This document shows positions 9,406-18,841 of a stretch of 64,000 nt of DNA, piece after piece. Origin of the DNA: Oscillospiraceae bacterium. Lineage in GTDB: Bacteria > Bacillota > Clostridia > Oscillospirales > Oscillospiraceae. Position 1 is the first letter of the stretch; every line of letters starts with the position of its first letter. Location: assembly GCA_017482385.1 (NCBI GenBank), contig JAFUNI010000001.1:2788-66787 (forward strand). The letters run 5' to 3'. The translations under genes and the position numbers were made by a program. Below the pieces are notes generated by a model. That model saw only the letters and a program-made list of their open reading frames with translations. It ran no database searches and was not told the origin of the DNA.

Positions 9406-9437
9406 AAGCCCGCTGACTATGGTCGGCGGGCTTTTTT
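9406..9437 (+). terminator. second intrinsic terminator before the ICE operon
   Basis: AAGCCCGCTGAC-tatg-GTCGGCGGGCTT then TTTT. Confidence 0.85.
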
Positions 9438-9569
9438 CGCGCTTCGAAAAAATTTTTTAATTTTTTTCAAAATGGGTGTTTCGTTTTTGGGCCAAAACCG
9501 TGCGGTAGGTAAGTGTAGGGTTTATTCCTACATGAACATTGAAAACTGAATACCCATTCATCAGATACG

Positions 9570-9820
9570 TTCCTTGCATGAGGGAAACCTCAGCTGAACC
9601 TGTAAGTACGCCACGATCTCCACCTGGAGGGAGCGAGAACACTTATACAGAAGCAAACCGGATTGCCACCGGCGATGGCCATTACAAGTGCAAGGTATAA
9701 TGATACTTCTCTACGGAGCTGGCGGAGAACCCGGCAGAGGTGAGACTCCTATGGACCCAGATCGCAACTGGGCGTCTGATGACTTCCCGGTGCGCGGGGT
9801 TCGAGGAAAAATGGCGCACA
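9570..9820 (+). ncRNA. candidate structured leader RNA upstream of parA
   Basis: Long-range stem CCTTGCA 9572-9578/TGCAAGG 9689-9695 enclosing several hairpins; GNRA and T-loop-like hairpins; function unproven. Confidence 0.4.
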
Positions 9821-9869
9821 TCTACTTATCTGTTAAGGGTAAGAAAAAGCAAGGAAAGGAGAGAAAGCT

Positions 9870-10697
9870 TTGAACCAATGTAAGGTGATTGCTATCACCA
9901 ACCAAAAAGGTGGCGTGGGTAAAACTACAACGACCGTCAATCTTGGCGTAGGCTTGGCCAAAGAAGGCTATCGGGTCCTTTTAATTGACGCAGACCCTCA
10001 GGGCAGTTTGACAGTAAGCCTGGGCATTAAAGATCCTGATTCCTTAGACGAATCTCTGGCAACGGTTATGACGGCATCTATCGAGGATATACCGCTGTCA
10101 CCTGAGACGGGCATTATTCAACACAACGAGGGAGTTGATTTAATGCCATCGAACATCGAACTGTCTGGCATTGAAACCGGCTTGTTTAATACGATGAGTC
10201 GTGAATATGTTCTCCGGAATTATATCAACACGGTCAAGAACAATTACGATTATATTCTTATTGATTGCATGCCGTCCCTTGGCATGATGACTATCAATGC
10301 TCTTGTGGCAGCAGACAGCGTAATCATCCCATCTCAGCCGAATTTCTTATCGACCAAGGGTTTGAACTTGCTGCTTCGCTCCATTTCGAAGGTGAAGCGC
10401 AGTATCAATCCTGCGCTGCGGGTTGATGGTATCCTGCTAACGATGGTGGACAGCCGCACAAACAATGCAAAGGACATCATATCATCGCTTCGACAAACCG
10501 TCGGGCAGAATATTCGTGTATTTGAAACAGAAGTCCCTCGTTCAGTCCGTGCGGCAGAAAGTGCGCTGGCAGGTGTGAGTATCTTCACGCATGACAGGCA
10601 AAGCAAGGTCAGCATGGCCTATGAAAATCTGACAAAGGAGGTGTGCGAAGTTGGCAGGGAGACCCAAACTCGACCTGGGCCTGACTGGGTACGATGA
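9870..10697 (+). CDS. parA: ParA/Soj-family ATPase
   Basis: NQKGGVGKTTT deviant Walker A, LLIDADPQGSLT, ILIDCMPSLG; TTG start after GAAAGGAG. Confidence 0.93.
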   Translation: MNQCKVIAITNQKGGVGKTTTTVNLGVGLAKEGYRVLLIDADPQGSLTVSLGIKDPDSLDESLATVMTASIEDIPLSPETGIIQHNEGVDLMPSNIELSGIETGLFNTMSREYVLRNYINTVKNNYDYILIDCMPSLGMMTINALVAADSVIIPSQPNFLSTKGLNLLLRSISKVKRSINPALRVDGILLTMVDSRTNNAKDIISSLRQTVGQNIRVFETEVPRSVRAAESALAGVSIFTHDRQSKVSMAYENLTKEVCEVGRETQTRPGPDWVR

Positions 10698-11592
10698 ACT
10701 CTTCATGACCGATGAGGAACGACAAGAATCAAAGTTGCCCCGCATCTATGACATTCCAATTGAACTGATCGATGACTTCCCCGGACATCCTTACAAGGTT
10801 CGGATTGATGAGGATATGCAGCAGCTCGTTGAGAGTATCAAGGAACGAGGCATTCTGACACCGGTTACACTCCGACAAAAAGATGACGGCAGATACGAGA
10901 CAGTATCTGGCCACCGCCGTAAGAAGGCGTGTGAGCTAGCGGGAATGCCTACTGTGAGAGCAGAGGTCCGAGACATGACAAGAGATGAAGCCATTATCTA
11001 CATGGTGGAATCGAACTTTCAGAGATCTCAAATCCTTCCCAGTGAAAAGGCCTTCTCATATAAGATGAGACTTGAGGCAATGAACCGTCAAGGAAAGCGA
11101 ACAGACCTAACTTCGTGCCCACTGGACACAAAGTCTGACAGTGGCGCAGCAGTGGGCAAAGACCAAGGCGACAGTAGAAGACAGGTATTCCGCTATATTC
11201 GACTCACGGAGCTGATTCCGGAGATTCTTCAGATGGTGGATGATGGAAAGATTGCTTTCCGCCCGGCAGTTGAAATTTCGTACTTGAGTGAGTTGGAGCA
11301 GAAATGGCTTCATGAAGCAATGGAGTACGCTGATGCAACGCCATCTCTGGCCCAGGCAATCAAGCTCAAGGCTTTCTCCCAAGACAAGACACTGGGCCCT
11401 CATGTGATCGAGGCGCTGCTGTCGGAGGAGAAGCCTAACCAGCGAGAAAAGTTCAGCTTCCGAGCAGATCGACTGCGCAAGTTCATCCCTGAATCCGTTC
11501 CGTTCAACCAGACGGAGGACTTTGTGTGCAAGGCCTTGGAGCATTACCAGCAATTCCTGGAGCGACAACGAAGGGATCGTGGTGACCGGTGA
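10651..11592 (+). CDS. parB: ParB/RepB/Spo0J-family protein
   Basis: LVESIKERGILTP, SGHRRKKA (CTP-binding motif), ESNFQR; overlaps parA. Confidence 0.92.
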   Translation: MAGRPKLDLGLTGYDELFMTDEERQESKLPRIYDIPIELIDDFPGHPYKVRIDEDMQQLVESIKERGILTPVTLRQKDDGRYETVSGHRRKKACELAGMPTVRAEVRDMTRDEAIIYMVESNFQRSQILPSEKAFSYKMRLEAMNRQGKRTDLTSCPLDTKSDSGAAVGKDQGDSRRQVFRYIRLTELIPEILQMVDDGKIAFRPAVEISYLSELEQKWLHEAMEYADATPSLAQAIKLKAFSQDKTLGPHVIEALLSEEKPNQREKFSFRADRLRKFIPESVPFNQTEDFVCKALEHYQQFLERQRRDRGDR

Positions 11593-11673
11593 TTGGTCGC
11601 TGTTTCCCCCTCTCACACTCTCCCCCTGCGTATACAAGCTGTTCTACCAGCTGAAAGAGAAGTATTTGTAGGT

Positions 11674-11702
11674 TTGACGGAAAGATAGCGAGTCCGTATT
11701 CT
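11674..11702 (+). promoter_or_regulatory. candidate internal sigmaA promoter for the lipoprotein/pilus locus
   Basis: TTGACG, 17 bp, TATTCT; GGAGG RBS downstream. Confidence 0.5.
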
Positions 11703-11726
11703 GGAAGCAGAAACGGAGGTAATGCC

Positions 11727-12437
11727 ATGAAAAAAGCACTCGCAATCATTCTTCTGCTTACAGTGCTCCTTCTTTCGGCCTGTGGCAGAAACAACACTGA
11801 GCCAGTTCCTTCAACTGGGGCTGCAGCCCAAGTCACAGAAGCAACGGATACCCAAACTACTGGGCAGACGATGATGCCGGAAAATACTACCGAAGCGGCT
11901 AACAATTCGTCTTCTCAGCCGGTAACTGAACCTTCCGAAACAACCGGTCCCACAGTTCCATCAGAAACTGTGAAGCCAACGGCTCCCACAGAACCGAAAG
12001 AAGAAATCAAGAAAGATCCACTTCCTACTACTCAGCCAACAGAAGAAACGCAGCCGAGCACAACCGAGCCTGAAACACAGCCTACGGAAACAGAAGCACC
12101 CACAGAGCCGACCAATCCTCCAACACAACCGACCGAACCGGAAGAGGAAACTACCACTCCACCTGCAATAGAAGAGGCAGTGTGTAAGCATGAGTGGAAG
12201 TGTATCCATCACGATGAGGAAGGCCATTGGAGAGCAGGCATTATCTGTGATTGTGGCTGGACAGTGTATGGTGATCCAGACACTCTTACAGCACTTTGGA
12301 ATGCTCACTCGGCGTCATTTCCTGCTGCAGAATCACTCTTTGATCATGGCGGCTTCGGTAGCATGGACGAGTGGATCGTAGACAAGCCCGCATATGACGA
12401 GTGGGTATGCCGTCACTGCGGAGAACCAAAACCATAA
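11727..12437 (+). CDS. lipoprotein with Pro/Thr/Glu stalk and Cys/His-rich C-terminal domain
   Basis: Lipobox LLLSAC, TEP/TQP repeats, C-terminal CKHEW...CDCG...H...H...CRHCG. Confidence 0.85.
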   Translation: MKKALAIILLLTVLLLSACGRNNTEPVPSTGAAAQVTEATDTQTTGQTMMPENTTEAANNSSSQPVTEPSETTGPTVPSETVKPTAPTEPKEEIKKDPLPTTQPTEETQPSTTEPETQPTETEAPTEPTNPPTQPTEPEEETTTPPAIEEAVCKHEWKCIHHDEEGHWRAGIICDCGWTVYGDPDTLTALWNAHSASFPAAESLFDHGGFGSMDEWIVDKPAYDEWVCRHCGEPKP

Positions 12438-12455
12438 CCCATACCCCATACCCGC

Positions 12456-12495
12456 AAAGCCTCTTGGTGTTAATCATCAAGGGGCTTTTTATTTT
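12456..12495 (+). terminator. intrinsic terminator inside the ICE
   Basis: AAAGCCTCTTGGTG-ttaat-CATCAAGGGGCTTT then TTATTTT. Confidence 0.8.
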
Positions 12496-12518
12496 CCCAA
12501 AAAAGGAGGAAAATCGCA

Positions 12519-15500
12519 TTGAACGTAATGAAGAAAACACTGGCACTTCTGTTGGTTCTTGTGATGGCAATCTCCTGCTTGCCTCTTGGGGCAGTAACAG
12601 CATTCGCAGCAGAGGTTGATGACACACAACCGCCTGCTGATGAAACGCAGCCTCCTACTGTTCCGGAAGAGGTGCCAGAGATTACCGAAGTAACAGAAGA
12701 AACGCAGCCGAGCACGACCGAGCTGGAAACACAGCCCACGGAACCTTTATCTGTGGATGAAACTCCTGCAGAAGAAACATCTGAGCCAACTGAAGCACCT
12801 CAGGAGGTTATGATGTTCTCAGCAAGTCCCGCCAGTGATGACGATGGCGGCAGCTCCGGTTCTGAAACCGGTGACGGTGGCGATGGCGGTGGCAACTCCG
12901 CTGGCGACGGTTCCAGCAACATGATTGCTGTGGGTGTCACAATGCAGATCGTGTACTACCGCTATGACCAATGCTACAACCGGTATAATTCCCACGGAAG
13001 TGTTATCAACTCCGTGCAGACCGGCAAAGCAATTCCTTGGAATGATACCGGAAAGGACCAGGGCACAACTGCAACAACGGTCTTTGACACTTACACGATC
13101 ACGCCTCATACCTTTTTCGCAAAGGCTCGTTGGCCTTCCTATCCCTATGTGTATCACTTTCCTTATGAGAACTTGAAGGACGATAAATGCACCTTCTCTT
13201 GGACCGGCTTTACGAACTTCTGGTTCAACTACAACAATCCCGGTGGTAAGGCGTCCACCTATCCCCGAATTGTCCGTAATGAAGAAGGTGGCAGCAAAGC
13301 CATTGAAGATTTCCTTGCCCGAATCATTCTTGGCAATGATTACGGCGCATGGGATAAGCTGGATGTTGCAGCCGGTGATACTGTGGCAACCGACTCCTCC
13401 CTGTTCGCAGAGGTGTTGAAGTATCTGGGTGCCAGCGATCTTGCCATTCAGAACTACTTGGATTCCTACTACGGCAAGCTGAGTGTTACCCAGGATGGCA
13501 ACGTGCTGATCCCGACCATCATTTGGTCCTATGTTGCTGCGGAAAACCTCAGTGGCACCAGCCGCATCTACACCATCGGTGACGTTGCCGCCAACGGCAG
13601 CAAAAACAAAAGCTGGCTTAGTACCGCCTACACCTCTGGATCTAACTGTAATACTGGCTTTGGCGACTGTACTTGGAAAAAGGGCAGTAGTGACACCATG
13701 ATCTGTAAGCTGATGCTTGGCGGTAAACACTATCCCGGACATGGTACTACGATCTGGACAGAGCAAGGTTCTTCCAATCTGTTTGGAACAGGCCTTGTCA
13801 ACCGAATCCAGACCGAAGTGGATTCCACAGCCGAGAACGGGACCAATACCTTCTACTACCTCAGAGGTTACTGGACCCCCTATGGCACCGGCACCGGCGA
13901 AGTTTCTTTGACTAAGACCAACACCGCAGGCACCGCTAATTTGGCAGGTGCAGAGTTCACTCTGTATCGTGATCCTGCGTGTACTACGCCCATTACCAGT
14001 GCAGATTACAAGTCTCTCAACACTTCCGATACCGGCTATGTCAATGTAAGCACCCGCAAGACCGATGCAAACGGCAAAGCTAACTGGACAGGCCTCTATA
14101 CCGGCGCGTATTTTTTGAAAGAAATCAAGGCTCCGGAAGGCTATAAGGTTAACATTGATGCCAGCGGTAATGTGGAAGTTACCGAAGTTTCCGTAGATAT
14201 TGGTGCTACTGCTGTGACCCTCACAAATGCGGAAAACTCCAAGCCTGTTTCTTTGAAGAAGTCCATCAATGCTTCCCAGACCTGCATTGATCAGATTAAG
14301 GACAATAGCCTTTATTCTCTGGCAGGTGCAGAGTACACCATTTCTCTCAATGGTAAAGTGGTAGAAACGCTTGTAACCGATGCCAACGGCAACGCAACAT
14401 CCACCAAGCAGTACAACATTGGTGATGTGCTGACCATCAAGGAAACCAAGGCTCCCAAGGGCTACAAGCTGGATACCAAGACCCACACTCACACGGTTAC
14501 TTCCAGTGAGAACCTGATCTCTGTATCCGACATCCCCATTTTTGACCCGCCTTTTGTTTTGACGAAGGTGGACAAGGATACCACCACTCCGCAGGGTGAT
14601 GGTTCCTTTACCGGCGCAGTCTTCAAGTGGGAATACTTCCCCAACAACGATTGGAGTGGCACACCCGCACGGGTTTGGTACTTTGCAACAGACAGCGCTG
14701 GCAGATGTGTGTATAGCAAGGATTACCTTGCATCCGGTTACACCAGTGATGCACTGTATGTATCTCCTGCCAATGTGCAGCAGCTTCCCCTTGGTACTGT
14801 GAAAATCACGGAAGTGAAGAACTCTTTGGGTTACACCGTGATCGCAAGTCCTCTGTACTGTACGATTGCAGAAGATGCTTCCAAGGCCAGCGGAGCAAAG
14901 CACATTTGGACGGACGAATCCAAGGCGATTCTGACCCAGATGGCTAATGGCGACTGGGGTGTTTACGAACCTATCGACATCAATCTGTTTGGTTCTGTAA
15001 GCATTGAGAAGCACGATGCCGTTACCGGACAGACCGCACAGGGCGAAGCTACCTTGGCAGGTGCCGTGTATGAAGTCATCAACAGCAGCACCAACCCTGT
15101 GGTAGTGAACGGCAAGACCTATGCTCCCGGTGAGGTCATCTGCAAGCTGACTACGGATGCAAAGGGCATCGCAAAGACCGGAAACATCTTCCCCGTCGGA
15201 CGGTACACCATCCGCGAATCCGCAGCTTCCCAAGGCTACTTGGTGAATAGCGAATGGCAGAAAACCTTTGCCGTCACCGCAGAGCAGAAAGACCACAACT
15301 TCACCTATGCCGATGGCACCGGATGCCCCGAAACGGTTATTGCTGGTAAAGTTCAGATCAGCAAGAAGATCGTGAATACCATTGATAACCTCTATGCTGC
15401 TGAAGTCGGTGCTAAGTTCTCCGTCACTGACAGTAAGGGCAACGTGGTGGATACCATCGTTACCGCAGAAAACGGCGTCGGTATTTCCAAGGATTTACCC

Positions 15501-16430
15501 TACGGCACCTATACTATCACGCAGATCGCAGGACAAGCTGGCACGATCTTCTGCGATTCCTGGACTGTAACTGTCAATGAGCATGGCAAGATCTATGAGT
15601 ACGCAAAGGAGAATCCTCTGTGGACTGCATCCGTTTCCCTCCACAAGAAGGAAGCAGGCGTAGAAACACCCCTGGTTGGCACCTTTGAACTGTGTGAACG
15701 CATGGCAGACGGAACTGTTAAGGTTCTGGAAACTGGCACCACCGATGCAGAGGGCAACCTGTCCTTTGTCCGTAAGATCGTTTACACCGATGGTGTGTGC
15801 AACAAATCCACCTATTTCATTCGTGAAAAGGAAGCACCGGCAGGCTATGTGCTGGACACCAACGAATATCCCGTTTCCTGCACGGAGAACGAGCAGATGA
15901 TCTCTGTGACTATCGAAAATGCCCCCATCCTTGGCAAACTGGAACTGCGGAAACAGTCCTCCATCGGTAAGCCTATGCAGGGTGTTGAGTTCCTGCTGGA
16001 GTATTCTCTGGATAACGGCAGCACATGGAGCGCCGTAACCTACCGGGAGAATGACAACATCATCATTCCCGGCTCCTGCACCAATGCAGAACTGGCAGAT
16101 GGTAAGCTGCTGACGGATGAAAACGGCATTGCCGTGTATGAGGGCCTGCGTGTATACAAGGCAGATGGCACCGTCATTCTGTACCGAGTCACCGAAACCA
16201 AGACCTTAAACGGTTCTTCTTTGATGCCCGGTCATATCTGGGAGGGCGATCTTGTTACCGAAAAAGAGGGTGAACACCAGTTTGAGGTTGTGCTGGGTGT
16301 TGTGAACTCTCCCATTCTGGAACTGCCCGAAACCGGCTCCAAGGCTCTTGCACTCATGCCCATCGGTTTGATTCTGTGCGCAGCTGTTTGCATGGGTGCT
16401 TTGTTCGTTCTGAAGAAGAAGGAGGCCTAA
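12519..16430 (+). CDS. large pilus-associated adhesin (SpaA/Cna-B repeats, LPETG)
   Basis: Signal peptide; repeated LAGAEFTLY / KEIKAPEGY (E-box) modules; LPETG + TM + KKKEA. Start is TTG 12519 or ATG 12528. Confidence 0.88.
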   Translation: MNVMKKTLALLLVLVMAISCLPLGAVTAFAAEVDDTQPPADETQPPTVPEEVPEITEVTEETQPSTTELETQPTEPLSVDETPAEETSEPTEAPQEVMMFSASPASDDDGGSSGSETGDGGDGGGNSAGDGSSNMIAVGVTMQIVYYRYDQCYNRYNSHGSVINSVQTGKAIPWNDTGKDQGTTATTVFDTYTITPHTFFAKARWPSYPYVYHFPYENLKDDKCTFSWTGFTNFWFNYNNPGGKASTYPRIVRNEEGGSKAIEDFLARIILGNDYGAWDKLDVAAGDTVATDSSLFAEVLKYLGASDLAIQNYLDSYYGKLSVTQDGNVLIPTIIWSYVAAENLSGTSRIYTIGDVAANGSKNKSWLSTAYTSGSNCNTGFGDCTWKKGSSDTMICKLMLGGKHYPGHGTTIWTEQGSSNLFGTGLVNRIQTEVDSTAENGTNTFYYLRGYWTPYGTGTGEVSLTKTNTAGTANLAGAEFTLYRDPACTTPITSADYKSLNTSDTGYVNVSTRKTDANGKANWTGLYTGAYFLKEIKAPEGYKVNIDASGNVEVTEVSVDIGATAVTLTNAENSKPVSLKKSINASQTCIDQIKDNSLYSLAGAEYTISLNGKVVETLVTDANGNATSTKQYNIGDVLTIKETKAPKGYKLDTKTHTHTVTSSENLISVSDIPIFDPPFVLTKVDKDTTTPQGDGSFTGAVFKWEYFPNNDWSGTPARVWYFATDSAGRCVYSKDYLASGYTSDALYVSPANVQQLPLGTVKITEVKNSLGYTVIASPLYCTIAEDASKASGAKHIWTDESKAILTQMANGDWGVYEPIDINLFGSVSIEKHDAVTGQTAQGEATLAGAVYEVINSSTNPVVVNGKTYAPGEVICKLTTDAKGIAKTGNIFPVGRYTIRESAASQGYLVNSEWQKTFAVTAEQKDHNFTYADGTGCPETVIAGKVQISKKIVNTIDNLYAAEVGAKFSVTDSKGNVVDTIVTAENGVGISKDLPYGTYTITQIAGQAGTIFCDSWTVTVNEHGKIYEYAKENPLWTASVSLHKKEAGVETPLVGTFELCERMADGTVKVLETGTTDAEGNLSFVRKIVYTDGVCNKSTYFIREKEAPAGYVLDTNEYPVSCTENEQMISVTIENAPILGKLELRKQSSIGKPMQGVEFLLEYSLDNGSTWSAVTYRENDNIIIPGSCTNAELADGKLLTDENGIAVYEGLRVYKADGTVILYRVTETKTLNGSSLMPGHIWEGDLVTEKEGEHQFEVVLGVVNSPILELPETGSKALALMPIGLILCAAVCMGALFVLKKKEA

Positions 16431-16453
16431 CCAGGTGAATAGAGCCTCCAACC

Positions 16454-16481
16454 AAGCCAGGGATGCCCCTGGCTTTTCTTT
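16454..16481 (+). terminator. intrinsic terminator between adhesin and pilin
   Basis: AAGCCAGGG-atgc-CCCTGGCTT then TTCTTT. Confidence 0.75.
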
Positions 16482-16546
16482 ATTCCCGATATCACCAAAA
16501 CACAAAATCTCAACTATCTTTACTATCTGAAAGGATGATGCTTCTT

Positions 16547-18781
16547 ATGAAAAAGCTCAAGAAGATGCTCACTCTGTGTCTGGCACTGATGATGGTGCTG
16601 ACCTGTGTTCCCGCAGCGTTCGCCGCAGAAGCGGATGACTGCATGATCGACGAAGAGGCCAAGGCTTCCTTGACTATCTGGAAATTCGACTGGACCAACG
16701 CCTATAAGGACGGCGTTTGGAATGAGGACTCCTTCATCTCCACCGGCTGGCGTGAAAGCTATGTGGAAGAAGTCCTGGGTGAAACCGTCCGTGAAGGTGA
16801 CGCCAACGGCAATCCCGATCATCCCCTGGGTAATGGCCAGAACTCCAATGGCTATGCACTGAAGGGCGTCGAGTTTACTATCCTGCGTGTGGCTGACATT
16901 GTTACCTTCTCCGAGAGTGCCAACGATCAGCACCCCGACTACAACCTGACCCAGGTTCTGTACGGCTTCCACAAGGAAAAGGCAGCTGACCTGCTGACTG
17001 CAATCGGTTTGCCCGACGGCGCAGGCCGCTATGTGAATGCCGACAACATGGTGGAACGCGACAACGAGCTGGTTCCTATGTCCGAAGTTGAGGGTCAGTC
17101 TGTTGACTCCGAATACTGGTACTACCAGTCTGATGTGCTGAACAAGGCTCTGACAGACGCACTGGAAGCCAACGCCACCACTGTTAAGGACGCTCTGGAA
17201 GCCTATATCGCTGCAAGCGATGAAGCAATCGTGATGGATAAGACCAATGAAAACGGTAAGACCATCAAGCGCGACCTGGATCTGGGCCTGTGGCTGTGTA
17301 TCGAGACCAAGGTGCCCGAAATGGTCACCTCTACCACCAACCCCTTCTTTGTGTCCCTGCCCATGACTACTGTTTCCGGTGATGCCAACAGCGCCTCTCC
17401 CGAAGGTGGTCATTTCTGGAACTACGATGTGGTTGTTTACCCCAAGAACAACACCGGCATTCCTAGCCTGGAAAAGACTGTCCGTGAGTCTGTGAAGGAC
17501 ACCGGCACCAACGGCGGTACCGATGACATCTACGATGGCTATGACCATGTTGGCACTGGTTCTGCAGGCGACGTGATGGAGTATCAGATTGTCAGCACTC
17601 TGCCCACCATCACTTCCAATGCCACTTCCATCAAGACCTGGAATTTCTACGACTCCATCAGCGAGGGTCTGACCTACAACAAAACGCTGAAGGATGTTAA
17701 GATCGAGATCTTCACCGACGAGGATTGTACCGACAAGGTTGCTACCTGGGTGCAGGATGATGGCCACTTCACTGTGACCTATTCCTCCGATGACCGTCAC
17801 ATGACCATCGACATTACCGAGGCTGGTCTGGAAGAGATCAACGGCAGCGCTGAGAATGTCAATGGCAAGCTGTTTGCCAGCTACTCCAACTACACCATGC
17901 GCGTGACCTACACCGCAACTATCAACTCCAACGCCAGCTTCATCTACGGCGAAGATGGCAACTGCAACGAGGTTGTCCTGACCTGGAAACGCACTTCCTC
18001 CGAATACTACGACACCCTCATTGATGACTGCCATGTGTTCAGTTTCGGCATGGATCTGACCAAGCTGTTCTCCGATCTGGACTCCGAGTCCGCTACCGAG
18101 ATGGATATGTTCAAGCATGTTAAGTTCAAGGTTTGGAACGAGACCGATGGTTACTGGCTGACTGCCACCCGTGACGAGGAAACTGGTATCTACTATGCTA
18201 CCGGCCATGTCACCGAGGAGGCCGATGCAACCATCTTCTATCCTGTGACTGTCAACGGCGAGTTCGGCAAGGTAGTCATCAAGGGTATGGAAGATGACGC
18301 ATGGAACATCTACGAAGTGGAAACCGCCAATGGTTACACCTTGCTGAAGGATGAGATCTACGTTGACATTTTCGTAGAGGAAAATTATGACCGCATCTGC
18401 GATATCTACACCAAGGATATTCTGGGTGTGCTGCAGAACGACCCCCACTACTGCTTCGGCAATGCGCAGCCTATGTCCATGACCGATGCAGACGGCGGCG
18501 CTAACTTGCATCTGACTGGTATCCCTCAGGAGTATATGGAGCACTATTTCCTGACCGCATATGCACAGGTTGATTTCAATGATGTGAATATGGAGGATGA
18601 CGGCGAGTCCGAAAACGCCCTGGCACCTCTGACCATCGTGAACACCAAGGGTTTTGATCTGCCCCAGACCGGTGACAACGGCACCATGATCTTCACTGTT
18701 GTCGGCGTCATTGCTATGGCAGGTGCTATGTTCGTTCTGTTCCTCGTTACCCGGAAGGGCAAGAAGAACGAGAAGAAGTAA
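16547..18781 (+). CDS. backbone (shaft) pilin
   Basis: Signal peptide, pilin motif WNYDVVVYPKN, E-box-like YEVETANGY, LPQTG + TM + basic tail. Confidence 0.88.
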   Translation: MKKLKKMLTLCLALMMVLTCVPAAFAAEADDCMIDEEAKASLTIWKFDWTNAYKDGVWNEDSFISTGWRESYVEEVLGETVREGDANGNPDHPLGNGQNSNGYALKGVEFTILRVADIVTFSESANDQHPDYNLTQVLYGFHKEKAADLLTAIGLPDGAGRYVNADNMVERDNELVPMSEVEGQSVDSEYWYYQSDVLNKALTDALEANATTVKDALEAYIAASDEAIVMDKTNENGKTIKRDLDLGLWLCIETKVPEMVTSTTNPFFVSLPMTTVSGDANSASPEGGHFWNYDVVVYPKNNTGIPSLEKTVRESVKDTGTNGGTDDIYDGYDHVGTGSAGDVMEYQIVSTLPTITSNATSIKTWNFYDSISEGLTYNKTLKDVKIEIFTDEDCTDKVATWVQDDGHFTVTYSSDDRHMTIDITEAGLEEINGSAENVNGKLFASYSNYTMRVTYTATINSNASFIYGEDGNCNEVVLTWKRTSSEYYDTLIDDCHVFSFGMDLTKLFSDLDSESATEMDMFKHVKFKVWNETDGYWLTATRDEETGIYYATGHVTEEADATIFYPVTVNGEFGKVVIKGMEDDAWNIYEVETANGYTLLKDEIYVDIFVEENYDRICDIYTKDILGVLQNDPHYCFGNAQPMSMTDADGGANLHLTGIPQEYMEHYFLTAYAQVDFNDVNMEDDGESENALAPLTIVNTKGFDLPQTGDNGTMIFTVVGVIAMAGAMFVLFLVTRKGKKNEKK

Positions 18782-18790
18782 ATTACCCCG

Positions 18791-18823
18791 CCCCGGAGGG
18801 AGAATATCTTCCTCCGGGGTTTC
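18791..18823 (+). terminator. strong hairpin, terminator-like with a weak U tract
   Basis: CCCCGGAGGGAGA-ata-TCTTCCTCCGGGG then TTT. Confidence 0.55.
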
Positions 18824-18841
18824 CCGGAAGGAGGAATTGCT

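Noticed and set aside
9688-9873. 61-aa ORF upstream of parA
   Set aside because: No RBS, no protein-like features, and it overlaps the base-paired leader region
12432-12450. CCATA repeated three times with 7-bp spacing
   Set aside because: Very short, overlaps a stop codon, and no linked function is visible
12900-13900. Thioester (TED) domain in the adhesin tip
   Set aside because: No YC-type thioester motif found in the N-terminal domain
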